From Kiloniellaceae bacterium (GTDB lineage: Bacteria > Pseudomonadota > Alphaproteobacteria > Kiloniellales > J153): DNA of 64,000 nt. A program made the position numbers and the translations under genes. The stretch is from positions 27,763 to 91,762 of the forward strand of contig JAJFGL010000030.1 in assembly GCA_021776135.1 (NCBI GenBank), written 5' to 3'. Shown piece by piece: positions 8,997 through 19,365 of the stretch. A model generated the notes under the pieces. The model was given only the letters and a program-made list of their open reading frames with translations, did no database searches and was not told the DNA's origin. Position 1 is the stretch's first letter. Every line of letters begins with the position of its first letter.

Positions 8997-10262
8997 ATGA
9001 GTATTTTTGGTGCAATGTTTTCCGGCGTATCAGGCCTGAATGCCACCAGCCAAGCCCTGGGTATGATCGCGGACAATATCTCCAACGTGAATACGGTTGG
9101 ATACAAGGGCACATCGGCGCAATTCAGTACCCTGGTCACCCAATCGGCCACACGGACGACCTTTTCTCCGGGCGGCGTTATCTCTTTACCGACCGCCGCG
9201 GTCGATAAACAGGGGTTGCTGCAGGGCACGGCGTCCAAAACGGATATCGCGGTCGCCGGCAACGGTCTGTTCGTCGTCAACGAAGCCGCCGCGTCAGGCA
9301 CCATCGGCAACGAATTTTTCTTCACCCGGGCGGGCTCCTTCAGCGCCGACGAAAACGGCGATTACGTCAATGCGGCCGGTTATTACCTGCAAGGCTGGCC
9401 ACTGACCTCCGCCGGGGCTTTACCCGCGAACACGACCGTTTTGACCGGCGTGCAGACGGTGAACGCCTCGTCCTTCAGCGGCACGGCTCAGGCCACCACG
9501 GGGATCACCCTTGGGATCAACCTGCCCTCGACGGCGTTGGTCGCCGCCACCCATTCGGCCACGGTTCAGGTCTTCGATTCCCTGGGCAATCCTCATGACC
9601 TGCAGGTCGATTTCGTTAAGGCGGCGGCGAATTCCTGGACCGTCAACATACAGGATCCGGTTCTGGCGGGCACCGCCACGGTAAGCGGCACCGTCACGGC
9701 GCCGGTCGCGCGCTCCATAACCTTCAACGGCGACGGTACGCCCAATGTGATCACCTTGCCCAACATCGACATCACCGCCTGGACCACCGGCGCCAGCAAC
9801 AGCGCCATTACCATAGGTGGCGGCACGGCCAACCAGACCGACGGCATCACCCAGTTCGCCGGCCAATTCTCAGTCAGCAAACTCGATCAGAACGGCTTGC
9901 CGTTCGGTCAATTCACCGGGATCAGTATCGACGAGGGGGGCATCGTCACCGCCATTTTCGACAACGGGCGGCAGCTCAACATATTCCAGCTTCCCATTGC
10001 CATATTTCCCAATGCTAATGGCTTGGAGCCCGTTAACGGCAATGCCTATCGCCTGTCAAACTTCTCGGGCAATCTCCTGCTGCAACAGGCGAATTCCGGC
10101 GGTGCGGGGGCGGTGGCGTCGTCGGCGCTGGAGGCGTCGACGGTGGATCTCGCCGAAGAATTCACCAAGATGATCACCACCCAGCGGGCCTATTCCGCCA
10201 GCGCCAAGATTATCACCACGGCCGATGAGATGCTGGAAGAGCTAATCCGGATCCGCCGATAA
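8997..10262 (+). CDS. flgE: Flagellar hook protein FlgE
   Basis: IADNISNVNTVGYK, FTRAGSF, ALEASTVDLAEEFTKMITTQRAYSAS. Confidence 0.95.
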   Translation: MSIFGAMFSGVSGLNATSQALGMIADNISNVNTVGYKGTSAQFSTLVTQSATRTTFSPGGVISLPTAAVDKQGLLQGTASKTDIAVAGNGLFVVNEAAASGTIGNEFFFTRAGSFSADENGDYVNAAGYYLQGWPLTSAGALPANTTVLTGVQTVNASSFSGTAQATTGITLGINLPSTALVAATHSATVQVFDSLGNPHDLQVDFVKAAANSWTVNIQDPVLAGTATVSGTVTAPVARSITFNGDGTPNVITLPNIDITAWTTGASNSAITIGGGTANQTDGITQFAGQFSVSKLDQNGLPFGQFTGISIDEGGIVTAIFDNGRQLNIFQLPIAIFPNANGLEPVNGNAYRLSNFSGNLLLQQANSGGAGAVASSALEASTVDLAEEFTKMITTQRAYSASAKIITTADEMLEELIRIRR

Positions 10263-10272
10263 ATTTGAGGTC

Positions 10273-10324
10273 TAGTGTGGCGGTCTTTGATAGGTCTTAT
10301 TTCCTATTTTTGATCGCCACACTG
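10273..10324. repeat. Palindromic intergenic element / possible terminator after flgE
   Basis: AGTGTGGCGGTC ... GATCGCCACACT arms around an AT-rich core. Confidence 0.5.
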
Positions 10325-10470
10325 CCTCATTAGGACAGATAAAGCCCTAAACCTCACTTCACGAACACTTAGCTTAAGCCTTGGGATTAATCGTTTTTCA
10401 AGGCCATGAAGCTAAGCTTGCCTGAGTTGCTGCACAAGCGGCCGAGACAGTGACTATTGGAGAAATGTCG

Positions 10471-10800
10471 ATGGTTTCAGAGAGTCCAAGTAAGGGCCAA
10501 GCGGCAATCGGACCGGCAGGACAGCCGTTGACCATCGACGACCTGCCGCCGCCCGAAACAAAGCGCTGGGTGATCCGGCGCAAGGCGGAAGTCGTGGCCG
10601 GCGTGCGCAATGGGCTGATCAGCCTGGAAGACGCTTGCAAGCGGTACAAGCTGTCCGCGGACGAATTTTTGTCGTGGCAAAAGCTGATCGAGGAACACGG
10701 CGTGCGCGGACTACGCACGACGCGCCTGCAGCAATACCGCCGCCCGAACGACGGCGAAGGCCTCGGCGATCAGGCCATGAAGCCCAAGGCAACGTCCTAA
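10471..10800 (+). CDS. sciP: CtrA inhibitor SciP (DUF1153)
   Basis: LTIDDLPPPETKRWVIRRKAEVVAGVRNGL..EDACKRYKLS..EFLSWQ..GLRTTRLQQYR; GGAG RBS 8 nt before ATG 10471. Confidence 0.92.
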   Translation: MVSESPSKGQAAIGPAGQPLTIDDLPPPETKRWVIRRKAEVVAGVRNGLISLEDACKRYKLSADEFLSWQKLIEEHGVRGLRTTRLQQYRRPNDGEGLGDQAMKPKATS

Positions 10801-10944
10801 ACCGGCCCTGAATGGGGCCTCGCGGCTAGGATCGTTAAAAGCCAGGCCCCACCCTCCTCCAACCGGCACTTATTGACAGTCTGAAACTATCGTTTGTATG
10901 CGTTTTATCAATAAATTATAGAACTTCATTAAGATTTTAAGCTA

Positions 10945-10978
10945 GGCAAAAATTGCCCGTAATTAACGCCGCTTTTAC
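10945..10978 (+). promoter_or_regulatory. fliF promoter region: ftr-like palindrome and near-consensus CtrA box
   Basis: GGCAAAAATTGCC (10945-10957) and TTAA-CGCCGCT-TTTAC (10963-10978); CtrA and FlbD both act on the Caulobacter fliF promoter. Confidence 0.55.
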
Positions 10979-11114
10979 CGTGCCGCTGTATCCTCGTTTC
11001 CGGTGAGACACTTGTGGCGCAGAAGCGCCTCTTCACGCGCTTACATATCCGCCTCGCGCCCTATGGGCAGGCTAAGCCAGGCCAGGAAGGCCACAAAGCT
11101 AGGACGATCAGGCT

Positions 11115-12776
11115 TTGAACAGCTTTCTCGATACTCTGCGGAGCCTCGGCCCGGCACGGCTAGGCCTCATGGCCGCCGTGGCGGCAGGTGTGATCGCCTT
11201 CATGATCTACACCACGAGCCGCATCGCCACACCGGATCTTTCTCTCCTTTACTCGGATCTGGACCCCCAAGATAGCGCTCAGATCGTGACCCGGCTGGAA
11301 AAGCTGGGCGTCAATTACCGCCTGAGCGGACATGGCGGCCAGATCTATGTGCCTCAAGATAGGGTCGCGCGCCTGCGCCTGGCCATGGCCGAAGAAGGCC
11401 TGCCGACCGGCGGCTCGATCGGCTACGAGATATTCGATCGCGCCGAGGGTCTGGGGACGACCAATTTCGTTCAGGGCATCAACCATATCCGGGCCCTGGA
11501 GGGTGAACTGGCGCGGACCATCCGCTCCATTGGCGCGGTCCGTAAGGCGCGCGTCCACCTGGTCCTGCCCAAGCGGGAGCTATTTAGCCGCGACAAGCAA
11601 GACCCCACCGCCTCCATCGTGATCGCCATGCAAGGCAGCCAAGAATTGGATAGCCGGCAAGTTCAAGCGATACAGCATCTAGTCGCGGCCGCGGTGCCAG
11701 GCCTCAAGCCGAGCCTGATCTCCATAGTGGACAGTAATGGTGCCCTGCTTGCCCGCGGTACCGACGAGGGAGATCCGAAACAAACGGCCACGACCGCCGA
11801 GGAAATGCGCATCGGGTACGAAACGCGTTTGGCGCGCACCGTGGAGGAGTTGTTGGAACGCTCCATGGGAATCGGCAACGTCCAAGTTCAAATCACCGCC
11901 GATATCGATTTCGACCGGGTGACGGAAAACTCGGAAACATACGATCCGGACGGCCAAGTCGCGCGCTCGACGCAAACGGTCGAGGAGGAAAACGGATCCA
12001 CGGACGGCGATGGCTTGGCGCCGGTCACGGCGGGCGGAAATCTGCCTGAAGCCGGCCTGCCGGCGGCCGGCGCCAACGGCAGCCAAAGCAGCGCCACACG
12101 TACTGAGGAAACCACCAATTTCGAAATTTCGCGCACCATGAAGACCCATGTGCGCGAAAGCGGCACGGTACGCCGCCTGTCTATCGCGGTCCTGATAAAT
12201 GGAACTTTCAGCGCGGCCGACACAGGCGAGAAGTCGTATACAGCACGGCAACCGGCGGAAATGGATCAAATTTCCGCCTTGGTACGCTCCGCTGTCGGTT
12301 TCAACCAAGAACGCGGCGACACGCTGGAAATCGTGAACATGCCCTTCACCGATCCGATCGAGGACTTCGGCGAAGAGACTTCAAGCTCAATGTTCGGCAT
12401 GGAGCAGGCCGACCTCATGCGCATCGCCGAAATCTTCGTTCTCGGCGTGGTCGCGATACTTGTCTTGCTCCTGGTCGTACGCCCGCTGGTGGGCCGGGTC
12501 ATCGAAGGACCCCTTGAAGGAAGCACGGAGGCTAGATTGACCGATCAAAACAATCCCAGACCGGCCCTGGCCGGCCCTGGCGCGGCCGCGGCGGCCTATG
12601 AGGGAGACGAGGACGATCAGGAAACCGTCGCCGAGGAGATCGAACAAATGATCGATCTCAATAAGGTCGAGGGCCGCGTTCGCGCGTCCTCGGTACGCAA
12701 AATCGGCGAAATTGTCGACAAGCATCCCGACGAAGCGGTCGCGATCATTCGCGGCTGGCTCTATCAAGAAACCTAG
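11115..12776 (+). CDS. fliF: Flagellar MS-ring protein FliF
   Basis: GYEIFD, RALEGELARTI, ARVHLVLP, SAVGFNQERGD; TTG start. Confidence 0.96.
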   Translation: MNSFLDTLRSLGPARLGLMAAVAAGVIAFMIYTTSRIATPDLSLLYSDLDPQDSAQIVTRLEKLGVNYRLSGHGGQIYVPQDRVARLRLAMAEEGLPTGGSIGYEIFDRAEGLGTTNFVQGINHIRALEGELARTIRSIGAVRKARVHLVLPKRELFSRDKQDPTASIVIAMQGSQELDSRQVQAIQHLVAAAVPGLKPSLISIVDSNGALLARGTDEGDPKQTATTAEEMRIGYETRLARTVEELLERSMGIGNVQVQITADIDFDRVTENSETYDPDGQVARSTQTVEEENGSTDGDGLAPVTAGGNLPEAGLPAAGANGSQSSATRTEETTNFEISRTMKTHVRESGTVRRLSIAVLINGTFSAADTGEKSYTARQPAEMDQISALVRSAVGFNQERGDTLEIVNMPFTDPIEDFGEETSSSMFGMEQADLMRIAEIFVLGVVAILVLLLVVRPLVGRVIEGPLEGSTEARLTDQNNPRPALAGPGAAAAAYEGDEDDQETVAEEIEQMIDLNKVEGRVRASSVRKIGEIVDKHPDEAVAIIRGWLYQET

Positions 12777-12807
12777 TCTGGATTAGGGCAGCAAGGAACC
12801 GTCGAGA

Positions 12808-13824
12808 ATGCGCATTCGCGAAGATTATCGAACCATGTCGGGGCCGGAAAAGGCCGCGCTACTGATGATGTCGGTTGGCGAGGATAACGCCACGCGCCTT
12901 TTCTCGATCATGGACGACGACGAAATCAAGGAGCTTTCCCAGGCCATGGCGAACCTTGGGAATGTGAGTTCCCAGATGGTCGAACGCCTGCTGGTCGAGT
13001 TCGCGGATCAAATCTCCTCGACCGGGTCGCTGGTCGGTAACTTCGACAACACGGAACGCCTGCTGGCCAAAGTTCTCGACCAGGACCGGGTCTCGGGAAT
13101 CATGGACGAGATTCGCGGCCCCGCCGGCCGGACCATGTGGGAGAAGTTGACCAACGTTAACGAAACGGTTTTAGCCAACTACCTCAAGAACGAATACCCG
13201 CAGACAGTCGCGGTGGTTCTTTCCAAGATCAAATCCGAACATGCCGCCAAGGTGCTTGGGCTGCTTCCCGAACCCTTCGCCATGGAAGTCATCATGCGCA
13301 TGTTGCGCATGGAATCGGTTCAAAAAGAGGTCCTGGACGACGTCGAACGCACCCTGCGCAACGAATTCATGTCTAATCTGGCGCGCACCAACCGGCGCGA
13401 TTCCCATGAACTGATGGCCGATATCTTCAATTTCCTCGAACGCTCCGTGGAATCGCGATTCCTGACCTCGTTGGAAGAACGCAACAAGGACGCGGCGGAA
13501 CGGATCAAGGCCCTGATGTTTACTTTCGAGGATCTGGGGAACCTGGACCCTGGCGGGGTTCAGACGCTGCTGCGCAACGCGGGCAAAGACAAGATTTCCA
13601 TCGCCCTCAAGGGCTCGTCGGAAGATCTGCGCAATCTGTTCTTCTCGAACATGTCGGAACGGGCCGCGAAGATCATGCGCGAGGACATGGGCGCCATGGG
13701 CCCGGTTCGCCTGCGCGATGTCGACGAGGCCCAGATGTACATTGTACAGATCGCCAAGGATTTGGCCGCCAGCGGGGAAATCATTATCTCCGAAGGCAAG
13801 GGCGACGACGAGTTGGTGTATTGA
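12808..13824 (+). CDS. fliG: Motor switch protein FliG
   Basis: [42 protein letters not shown]. Confidence 0.96.
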   Translation: MRIREDYRTMSGPEKAALLMMSVGEDNATRLFSIMDDDEIKELSQAMANLGNVSSQMVERLLVEFADQISSTGSLVGNFDNTERLLAKVLDQDRVSGIMDEIRGPAGRTMWEKLTNVNETVLANYLKNEYPQTVAVVLSKIKSEHAAKVLGLLPEPFAMEVIMRMLRMESVQKEVLDDVERTLRNEFMSNLARTNRRDSHELMADIFNFLERSVESRFLTSLEERNKDAAERIKALMFTFEDLGNLDPGGVQTLLRNAGKDKISIALKGSSEDLRNLFFSNMSERAAKIMREDMGAMGPVRLRDVDEAQMYIVQIAKDLAASGEIIISEGKGDDELVY

Positions 13825-13827
13825 TCC

Positions 13828-14514
13828 ATGGGTATCAATGCCGCCAAAACACCGGAAAAGTTTCTCTTCGACACCTCGTTCGAAAAGAATCTGGAAGAGA
13901 CTGTCAAGAAAGCGGCCGAGGCGCCGCCAGAACCGGCGTACTTCGACCGGGATTTAGACCAAGCGCGCGCCGAAGGCATGGCGGCGGGCAAGGAATCCGA
14001 ACACCGGGAGGCGCTGCAATCCCTGGAAAACGCGGCGGCGGAAGCCCTGACCGAGATTGGCCAACAACTACCGGCCTTGAAAGAAACCGTTGTGGACATG
14101 CACGCGCGCCAAGACCGCGCCGCCGTGGGTGTCGCCGCCGCCATAGTCCGCAAGTTTCTTCCAAGAATGGCGCGGAACGATGGGCCGCAAGAAATCGAAA
14201 CCGTTGTCCGGGACGCCATGACGCGCTTACGCGACGAGCCGAGAATCGTCATCCGCGTTTGCGATTCCCTCTTGGATACGATCGAAAAACGAGTTGGCGT
14301 CATAGCCAAGAAAACCGGGTTCGAAGGCAAAATAGTCTTTCTCGCCGAAGAGAACATGGGGTCCGGCGATGTTCGCGTTGAATGGGCGGATGGCGGCGCC
14401 GAGCGCGATACAGCGCGTATTTGGCAAGACATCGACGACGCGATACGCCGCCTCGCGAGCCCACCCTTGGAATCGGAAAATAACGCGGCAGCCCCCGTGC
14501 CAGAACAAGATTAG
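13828..14514 (+). CDS. fliH: Flagellar assembly protein FliH
   Basis: KFLFDTSF N-terminus, EPRIVIRV, GDVRVEWADGGAERD; lies between fliG and fliN. Confidence 0.88.
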   Translation: MGINAAKTPEKFLFDTSFEKNLEETVKKAAEAPPEPAYFDRDLDQARAEGMAAGKESEHREALQSLENAAAEALTEIGQQLPALKETVVDMHARQDRAAVGVAAAIVRKFLPRMARNDGPQEIETVVRDAMTRLRDEPRIVIRVCDSLLDTIEKRVGVIAKKTGFEGKIVFLAEENMGSGDVRVEWADGGAERDTARIWQDIDDAIRRLASPPLESENNAAAPVPEQD

Positions 14515-14563
14515 ACACCTAGCGCGAAAATCAGAATAGAGCCTCACCCCACAGGAGACCGAC

Positions 14564-14929
14564 ATGGCAGAAGATCAGAATTTGGAACTTGAAGACCTTG
14601 CACTGGATGCCGAAACCGCCGCGCCGGACGGCCCGGCGCCCGAATCCCAGGACTCCCAGGCCGACGCCGCTGGTCTTGTGAACGCGAGGGAGCTGGAGGC
14701 CGTCTACGACATCCCGGTCCAAATCTCGGCCGTCCTGGGCAAGGCCAGTATGCAAGTCAGTCAGCTTCTTAAGCTTGGCCGCGGCGCGGTTGTCGAGCTG
14801 GACCGCAAGGTCGGCGAGGCCATCGATATCTACGTTAACAACCGCCTCGTGGCGCGCGGAGAGGTCGTTGTCGTCGAAGACCGCCTCGGCGTCACCATGA
14901 CCGAGATTATCAAGATGGACCGCTCCTAA
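14564..14929 (+). CDS. fliN: Motor switch protein FliN
   Basis: DIPVQISAVLG, GAVVELDRKVGEAIDIYVNNRLVARGEVVVV. Confidence 0.96.
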   Translation: MAEDQNLELEDLALDAETAAPDGPAPESQDSQADAAGLVNARELEAVYDIPVQISAVLGKASMQVSQLLKLGRGAVVELDRKVGEAIDIYVNNRLVARGEVVVVEDRLGVTMTEIIKMDRS

Positions 14930-14952
14930 GGGATCGAAGGAGGATCGCGGTC

Positions 14953-15789
14953 ATGGCAAACATCAGCGCGGCGGAAAAACCAGTTGGCCGCCGGCAAAGC
15001 GGCGGCGGCGCGTCGCCCAGCATCGATACGGCGACCCTTGCGGGCGTGCTTGGCTCCTTTGCTGTTATCATAACCGCGATGGTATTGGGCGGAGCGCCTG
15101 AATCCTTCGTCGATGCTCCCGCCATGCTGATCGTTTTCGGCGGTACTCTCCTGGTGACCACCTCGTCGTTCTCCATGAAGGAGATACTGGACTCGCGCTC
15201 GATCGTCTTCCGCGCCGTGATTTACAATGCCGGAAACCCAAGCGAAGCCGCCCATCGGGTCCTGGTTCTAGCGGATCGGGCGCGCCGCAGCGGCACGCTG
15301 TCCTTAATCGAATACAGCAAGAATATGGGCCAAAATAAATTCCTGGGCCATGCGGTGCAGTTGGTCGCGGACGGCCTGGGCGCGGAAGAAATTGAGCAAA
15401 TTCTGATGCAGGAGAGCGACACAACCCATCGGCGCCATGTTCGATCCGCCGGCGTCTTGCGGCGCGCCGGGGAAGTCGCCCCAGCCATGGGCCTGATCGG
15501 CACCTTGGTGGGCCTGGTGCAAATGCTGGGTAATCTGGACGATCCCTCGACCATAGGGCCCAGCATGGCGGTCGCGCTACTGACTACATTTTACGGCGCC
15601 GTCCTGGCCAATATGTTGTTCCACCCCTTGGCCAGCAAGCTGGAGCGGAATTCCGAGCTCGAAGCCACGATCCAGCGCATCTACACCTTGGGCGCGCTGT
15701 CGATCAACCGCCAGGAGAACCCGCGCCATCTGGAATTAGTGATCAACTCAATTCTACCGCCCGCTCAGCGGGTGAAACACTTTGACTGA
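14953..15789 (+). CDS. motA: Flagellar stator subunit MotA/PomA
   Basis: APAMGLIGTLVGLVQML..LDDPSTIGPSMAVALLTTFYG. Confidence 0.9.
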   Translation: MANISAAEKPVGRRQSGGGASPSIDTATLAGVLGSFAVIITAMVLGGAPESFVDAPAMLIVFGGTLLVTTSSFSMKEILDSRSIVFRAVIYNAGNPSEAAHRVLVLADRARRSGTLSLIEYSKNMGQNKFLGHAVQLVADGLGAEEIEQILMQESDTTHRRHVRSAGVLRRAGEVAPAMGLIGTLVGLVQMLGNLDDPSTIGPSMAVALLTTFYGAVLANMLFHPLASKLERNSELEATIQRIYTLGALSINRQENPRHLELVINSILPPAQRVKHFD

Positions 15790-15813
15790 CAGCGTTAGAA
15801 CCGGAGAATAGGC

Positions 15814-17202
15814 ATGCGTCTCCTCATCATTGGCGGCTTCGACGGGCACATCGCGACGGCCGGCAAGATCGCGCTGGATAACGGCGCGAAGGTAGCCCAC
15901 GAAGAATCGGTTGAGCGGGCCATGAACGCGCTCCGCTCGGGACAGGGCGCGGATCTTATCATGATCGACGTTCGCCTGGATATCCGCAAGCTGTGCGGCA
16001 GCCTGGACTCCGAACGCATATCCGTACCGGTCGTCGCCTTCGGGATCGGCGCCGAAACCAAACTCGCGGTCGATGCCATTAAGGCCGGGGCCAAGGAATA
16101 CATCCCCCTGCCCCCCGACGCCGAACTCATTGCCGCCGTCTTGAGCGCGGTGGCGGAGGAAACCAACGCGGTCATCCATCGCGACCCGGCCATGAAAAAG
16201 ATCTTGAAACTGGCGGAACAAATCGCCCCCTCCGACGCGACGATTCTCATTACCGGAGAATCGGGAACCGGCAAGGAAGTCCTGGCGCGTTTCCTGCATT
16301 CCAAATCCAAGCGCGCCCAGAAAGCCTTCATATCCTTGAATTGCGCGGCGATACCCGAAAACCTGCTGGAATCGGAACTTTTCGGGCACGAGAAAGGGGC
16401 CTTTACCGGCGCGGTCGGGCGCCGGGTCGGAAAGTTCGAGGAAGCCAACGGCGGGACCTTATTGCTCGACGAAATCTCGGAAATGCACCCCAGTCTGCAA
16501 GCCAAGCTTCTGCGCGCCATCCAGGAACGCGAAGTTGACCGGGTCGGCGGCTCCCGCCCGATCAAGGTCGATATCCGCCTGCTCGCGACCTCCAACCGCG
16601 ACATCGAGGAGGAGGTTCGCCAAGGCAACTTCCGCGAGGACCTCTACTTCCGGCTCAACGTGGTGAGCATCGAATTACCCCCTTTACGCGCGCGGCGGCA
16701 GGATATCGAGATCCTGGCCGAACACTTCATCGCGAAATACGCCAAGGCCAACGCAGTGCCGGCGCCGGTCCCCAACGAGGAAGTGCGCCAGATGATGCTG
16801 TCGCACCCTTGGCGCGGCAATGTCCGCGAGTTGGAGAATTCCATGCACCGCGCGGTCTTGCTGGCGCGCGATGGGATTATCACCCCGGAGTCGATCCAGT
16901 TGCGCGGCGCATCGGCCGAAGCGGCCGGAAGCAGGTCCGCTGCGAATGGCAAGGGCGCGGCGAACGGCGCCCAAGCTCAGCCATCGCCGCAGGACACCGA
17001 ACCGACTCGCGTCGGCTGCACGGTCGCGGCGGTCGAACGCGACCTGATACTCGACACCCTTAGTCACACCCTGGGCAATCGCACCCACGCGGCGACCATC
17101 CTGGGCATATCGATTCGCACCTTGCGTAACAAATTGAAACTATACAGCCAGGAAGGCTCTTCCATACCCATGCCAGGCGAGGCCGAGAGATCAACGGCTT
17201 AA
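15814..17202 (+). CDS. flbD: sigma54 activator FlbD
   Basis: Atypical receiver, GESGTGKE, GAFTGA, WRGNVRELEN and a C-terminal HTH; lies in the fliF operon. Confidence 0.92.
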   Translation: MRLLIIGGFDGHIATAGKIALDNGAKVAHEESVERAMNALRSGQGADLIMIDVRLDIRKLCGSLDSERISVPVVAFGIGAETKLAVDAIKAGAKEYIPLPPDAELIAAVLSAVAEETNAVIHRDPAMKKILKLAEQIAPSDATILITGESGTGKEVLARFLHSKSKRAQKAFISLNCAAIPENLLESELFGHEKGAFTGAVGRRVGKFEEANGGTLLLDEISEMHPSLQAKLLRAIQEREVDRVGGSRPIKVDIRLLATSNRDIEEEVRQGNFREDLYFRLNVVSIELPPLRARRQDIEILAEHFIAKYAKANAVPAPVPNEEVRQMMLSHPWRGNVRELENSMHRAVLLARDGIITPESIQLRGASAEAAGSRSAANGKGAANGAQAQPSPQDTEPTRVGCTVAAVERDLILDTLSHTLGNRTHAATILGISIRTLRNKLKLYSQEGSSIPMPGEAERSTA

Positions 17203-17212
17203 TGGACGCCTC

Positions 17213-19336
17213 ATGGCTGGACAGACTTTGAGCGAGACCGCGGCGCCGGAGGGCGCGGCCCAGGGATCCGGCTTTCTAAGCCGACTAGTCGTCGCGCTCA
17301 AGCGCGGCGATATCGCGCTTGCGCTTGGCGTGTCCTGTATTCTCGTGGTCCTGATCCTGCCGATGCCGAGCTGGCTGCTTGACGTCTCCCTGGCGGTCTC
17401 GATCACGCTTTCCGTGCTTGTTCTTATGACCGTCCTGTTCATCTCCAAGCCCTTGGATTTCAGTTCTTTTCCCACGGTCCTGCTGATCGCGACCATGTTG
17501 CGCCTTTCTCTCAACCTCGCCTCGACGCGCCTGATCCTCGCCGACGGCCATGAAGGGACGGACGCCGCCGGCGATGTTATTCAGGCCTTCGGCGGTTTTG
17601 TCATGGGCGGCAACTTCGTCATCGGGATCATTGTTTTCGCCATCCTGGTGATCGTCAATTTCGTTGTCATCACCAAGGGGTCCGGGCGGATCGCCGAGGT
17701 TTCGGCGCGCTTCAGCCTCGATGCCATGCCGGGCAAGCAAATGGCGATCGATGCCGACTTATCCGCCGGCCTGATCGACGAGTCGGAGGCGCGGACCCGC
17801 CGAAAGTCCCTGGAGGACGAAAGCAACTTTTTCGGATCCATGGACGGCGCGGCGAAGTTCGTGCGCGGCGATGCGATCGCGGGATTGCTCATCACCTTCA
17901 TCAACGTGATCGGCGGCATGATTATCGGCGTGGCGCAAAAAGACTTGAGCTTCTCGGAGGCCGCTCAGGTCTACACGCTGCTCACCGTCGGCGATGGCCT
18001 GGTCACGCAAATCCCGGCGATCATCGTATCGACCGGCGCCGGCCTTTTGGTTTCCAAGTCGAACGCCGTAGGCTCGGCCGATAAGGCCATATTCGGTCAA
18101 TTGGGCCGCTATCCACGCGCCCTGGGACTGTCGTCATTCATCATGTTCTCGCTCGCTCTTCTGCCCGGCATACCGGCCCTGCCCTTCCTGCTGCTGGCGG
18201 GCGTTTCCGGTGGCCTGGCTTGGAGCAGCACCAAGAAACTTGCCGCCAGCGAGGCCGCCGAGGCGGCGGAGACCAAGTCACAGGCCGCGCCGGCGGTTAC
18301 CGAAGATCCTATATCCGCCGCCCTGCAAATCGACAACCTGCGGCTCGAGCTCGGTTACGGCCTGCTGCCCATGATCAACAGCGAAGGCGGGCAACGCCTG
18401 ACCGATCAAATCAAGTCCCTGCGCCGGCAACTGGCGCAGGAAGCCGGCTTCGTGCTGCCCGCGGTGCGCATACAGGACAACCTGCAACTCCCGGCCAATT
18501 CCTACGTAATCCGGGTCAAGGAGATCGAGGCCGGGCGCGGCGAACTGCGGCCCAACATGCTTCTGGTCATGGACCCCAAGGGCGAAGCCATCGGCCTGAG
18601 CGGCGAAGAGACAACCGAACCGACCTTCGGCCTGCCGGCGGTTTGGATCGACCCCAGCGCCCGCGAGGAAGCCTTGTTCCGCGGCTACACGGTGGTCGAT
18701 CCGCCAACCGTCATCACCACGCACCTGACTGAGCTGGTGAAAGACAACATGTCGGAAATGCTGTCCTATGCCGAGACGCAAAAACTGCTCGACGATCTCG
18801 ATAAGGACCAGCAAAAGCTCATTGGGGATCTGATTCCTACCCTGATATCGGTCGGCGGCCTGCAACGGGTCCTGCAGAATTTGCTGGGCGAGCGAATTTC
18901 GATTCGCGACCTGCCGTCGATCTTGGAAGGGGTCGCCGAGGCTTGCGGATATTCCCGCAACGTTTCCACCATTACGGAACATGTGCGCGCCCGCTTGTCG
19001 CGCCAGATATCGACCGCGCAGATAGACGCGCAGGGCATTCTGCCCATGATCACCTTGTCGGCGGAGTGGGAGCAAGCCTTCGACGAGGCCATCGTGGGCG
19101 AGGGCGAGGAACGCCGCCTATCCATGGCGCCAACCAAGCTGCAGGAATTCATCCGTGCCGTGCGGGCCACTTTCGAACAGCATGCCATGACCGGCGAGGT
19201 TCCGGTTCTCTTGACCAGCCCCGCCATCCGCCCCTTCGTCCGCTCGATCGTCGAACGCTTCCGCCCTTCGACCGTGGTCATGTCCCAGAACGAAGTCTAC
19301 GCCAAAGCCCAGATAAAGACTCTGGGTCAAATTTGA
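17213..19336 (+). CDS. flhA: Flagellar export gate FlhA
   Basis: RIAEVSARFSLDAMPGKQMAIDADL, GSMDGAAKFVRGDA, LTVGDGLVTQIPA. Confidence 0.97.
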   Translation: MAGQTLSETAAPEGAAQGSGFLSRLVVALKRGDIALALGVSCILVVLILPMPSWLLDVSLAVSITLSVLVLMTVLFISKPLDFSSFPTVLLIATMLRLSLNLASTRLILADGHEGTDAAGDVIQAFGGFVMGGNFVIGIIVFAILVIVNFVVITKGSGRIAEVSARFSLDAMPGKQMAIDADLSAGLIDESEARTRRKSLEDESNFFGSMDGAAKFVRGDAIAGLLITFINVIGGMIIGVAQKDLSFSEAAQVYTLLTVGDGLVTQIPAIIVSTGAGLLVSKSNAVGSADKAIFGQLGRYPRALGLSSFIMFSLALLPGIPALPFLLLAGVSGGLAWSSTKKLAASEAAEAAETKSQAAPAVTEDPISAALQIDNLRLELGYGLLPMINSEGGQRLTDQIKSLRRQLAQEAGFVLPAVRIQDNLQLPANSYVIRVKEIEAGRGELRPNMLLVMDPKGEAIGLSGEETTEPTFGLPAVWIDPSAREEALFRGYTVVDPPTVITTHLTELVKDNMSEMLSYAETQKLLDDLDKDQQKLIGDLIPTLISVGGLQRVLQNLLGERISIRDLPSILEGVAEACGYSRNVSTITEHVRARLSRQISTAQIDAQGILPMITLSAEWEQAFDEAIVGEGEERRLSMAPTKLQEFIRAVRATFEQHAMTGEVPVLLTSPAIRPFVRSIVERFRPSTVVMSQNEVYAKAQIKTLGQI

Positions 19337-19365
19337 TCGCGCCGGCATAAGGAGACCCGCCGTCC

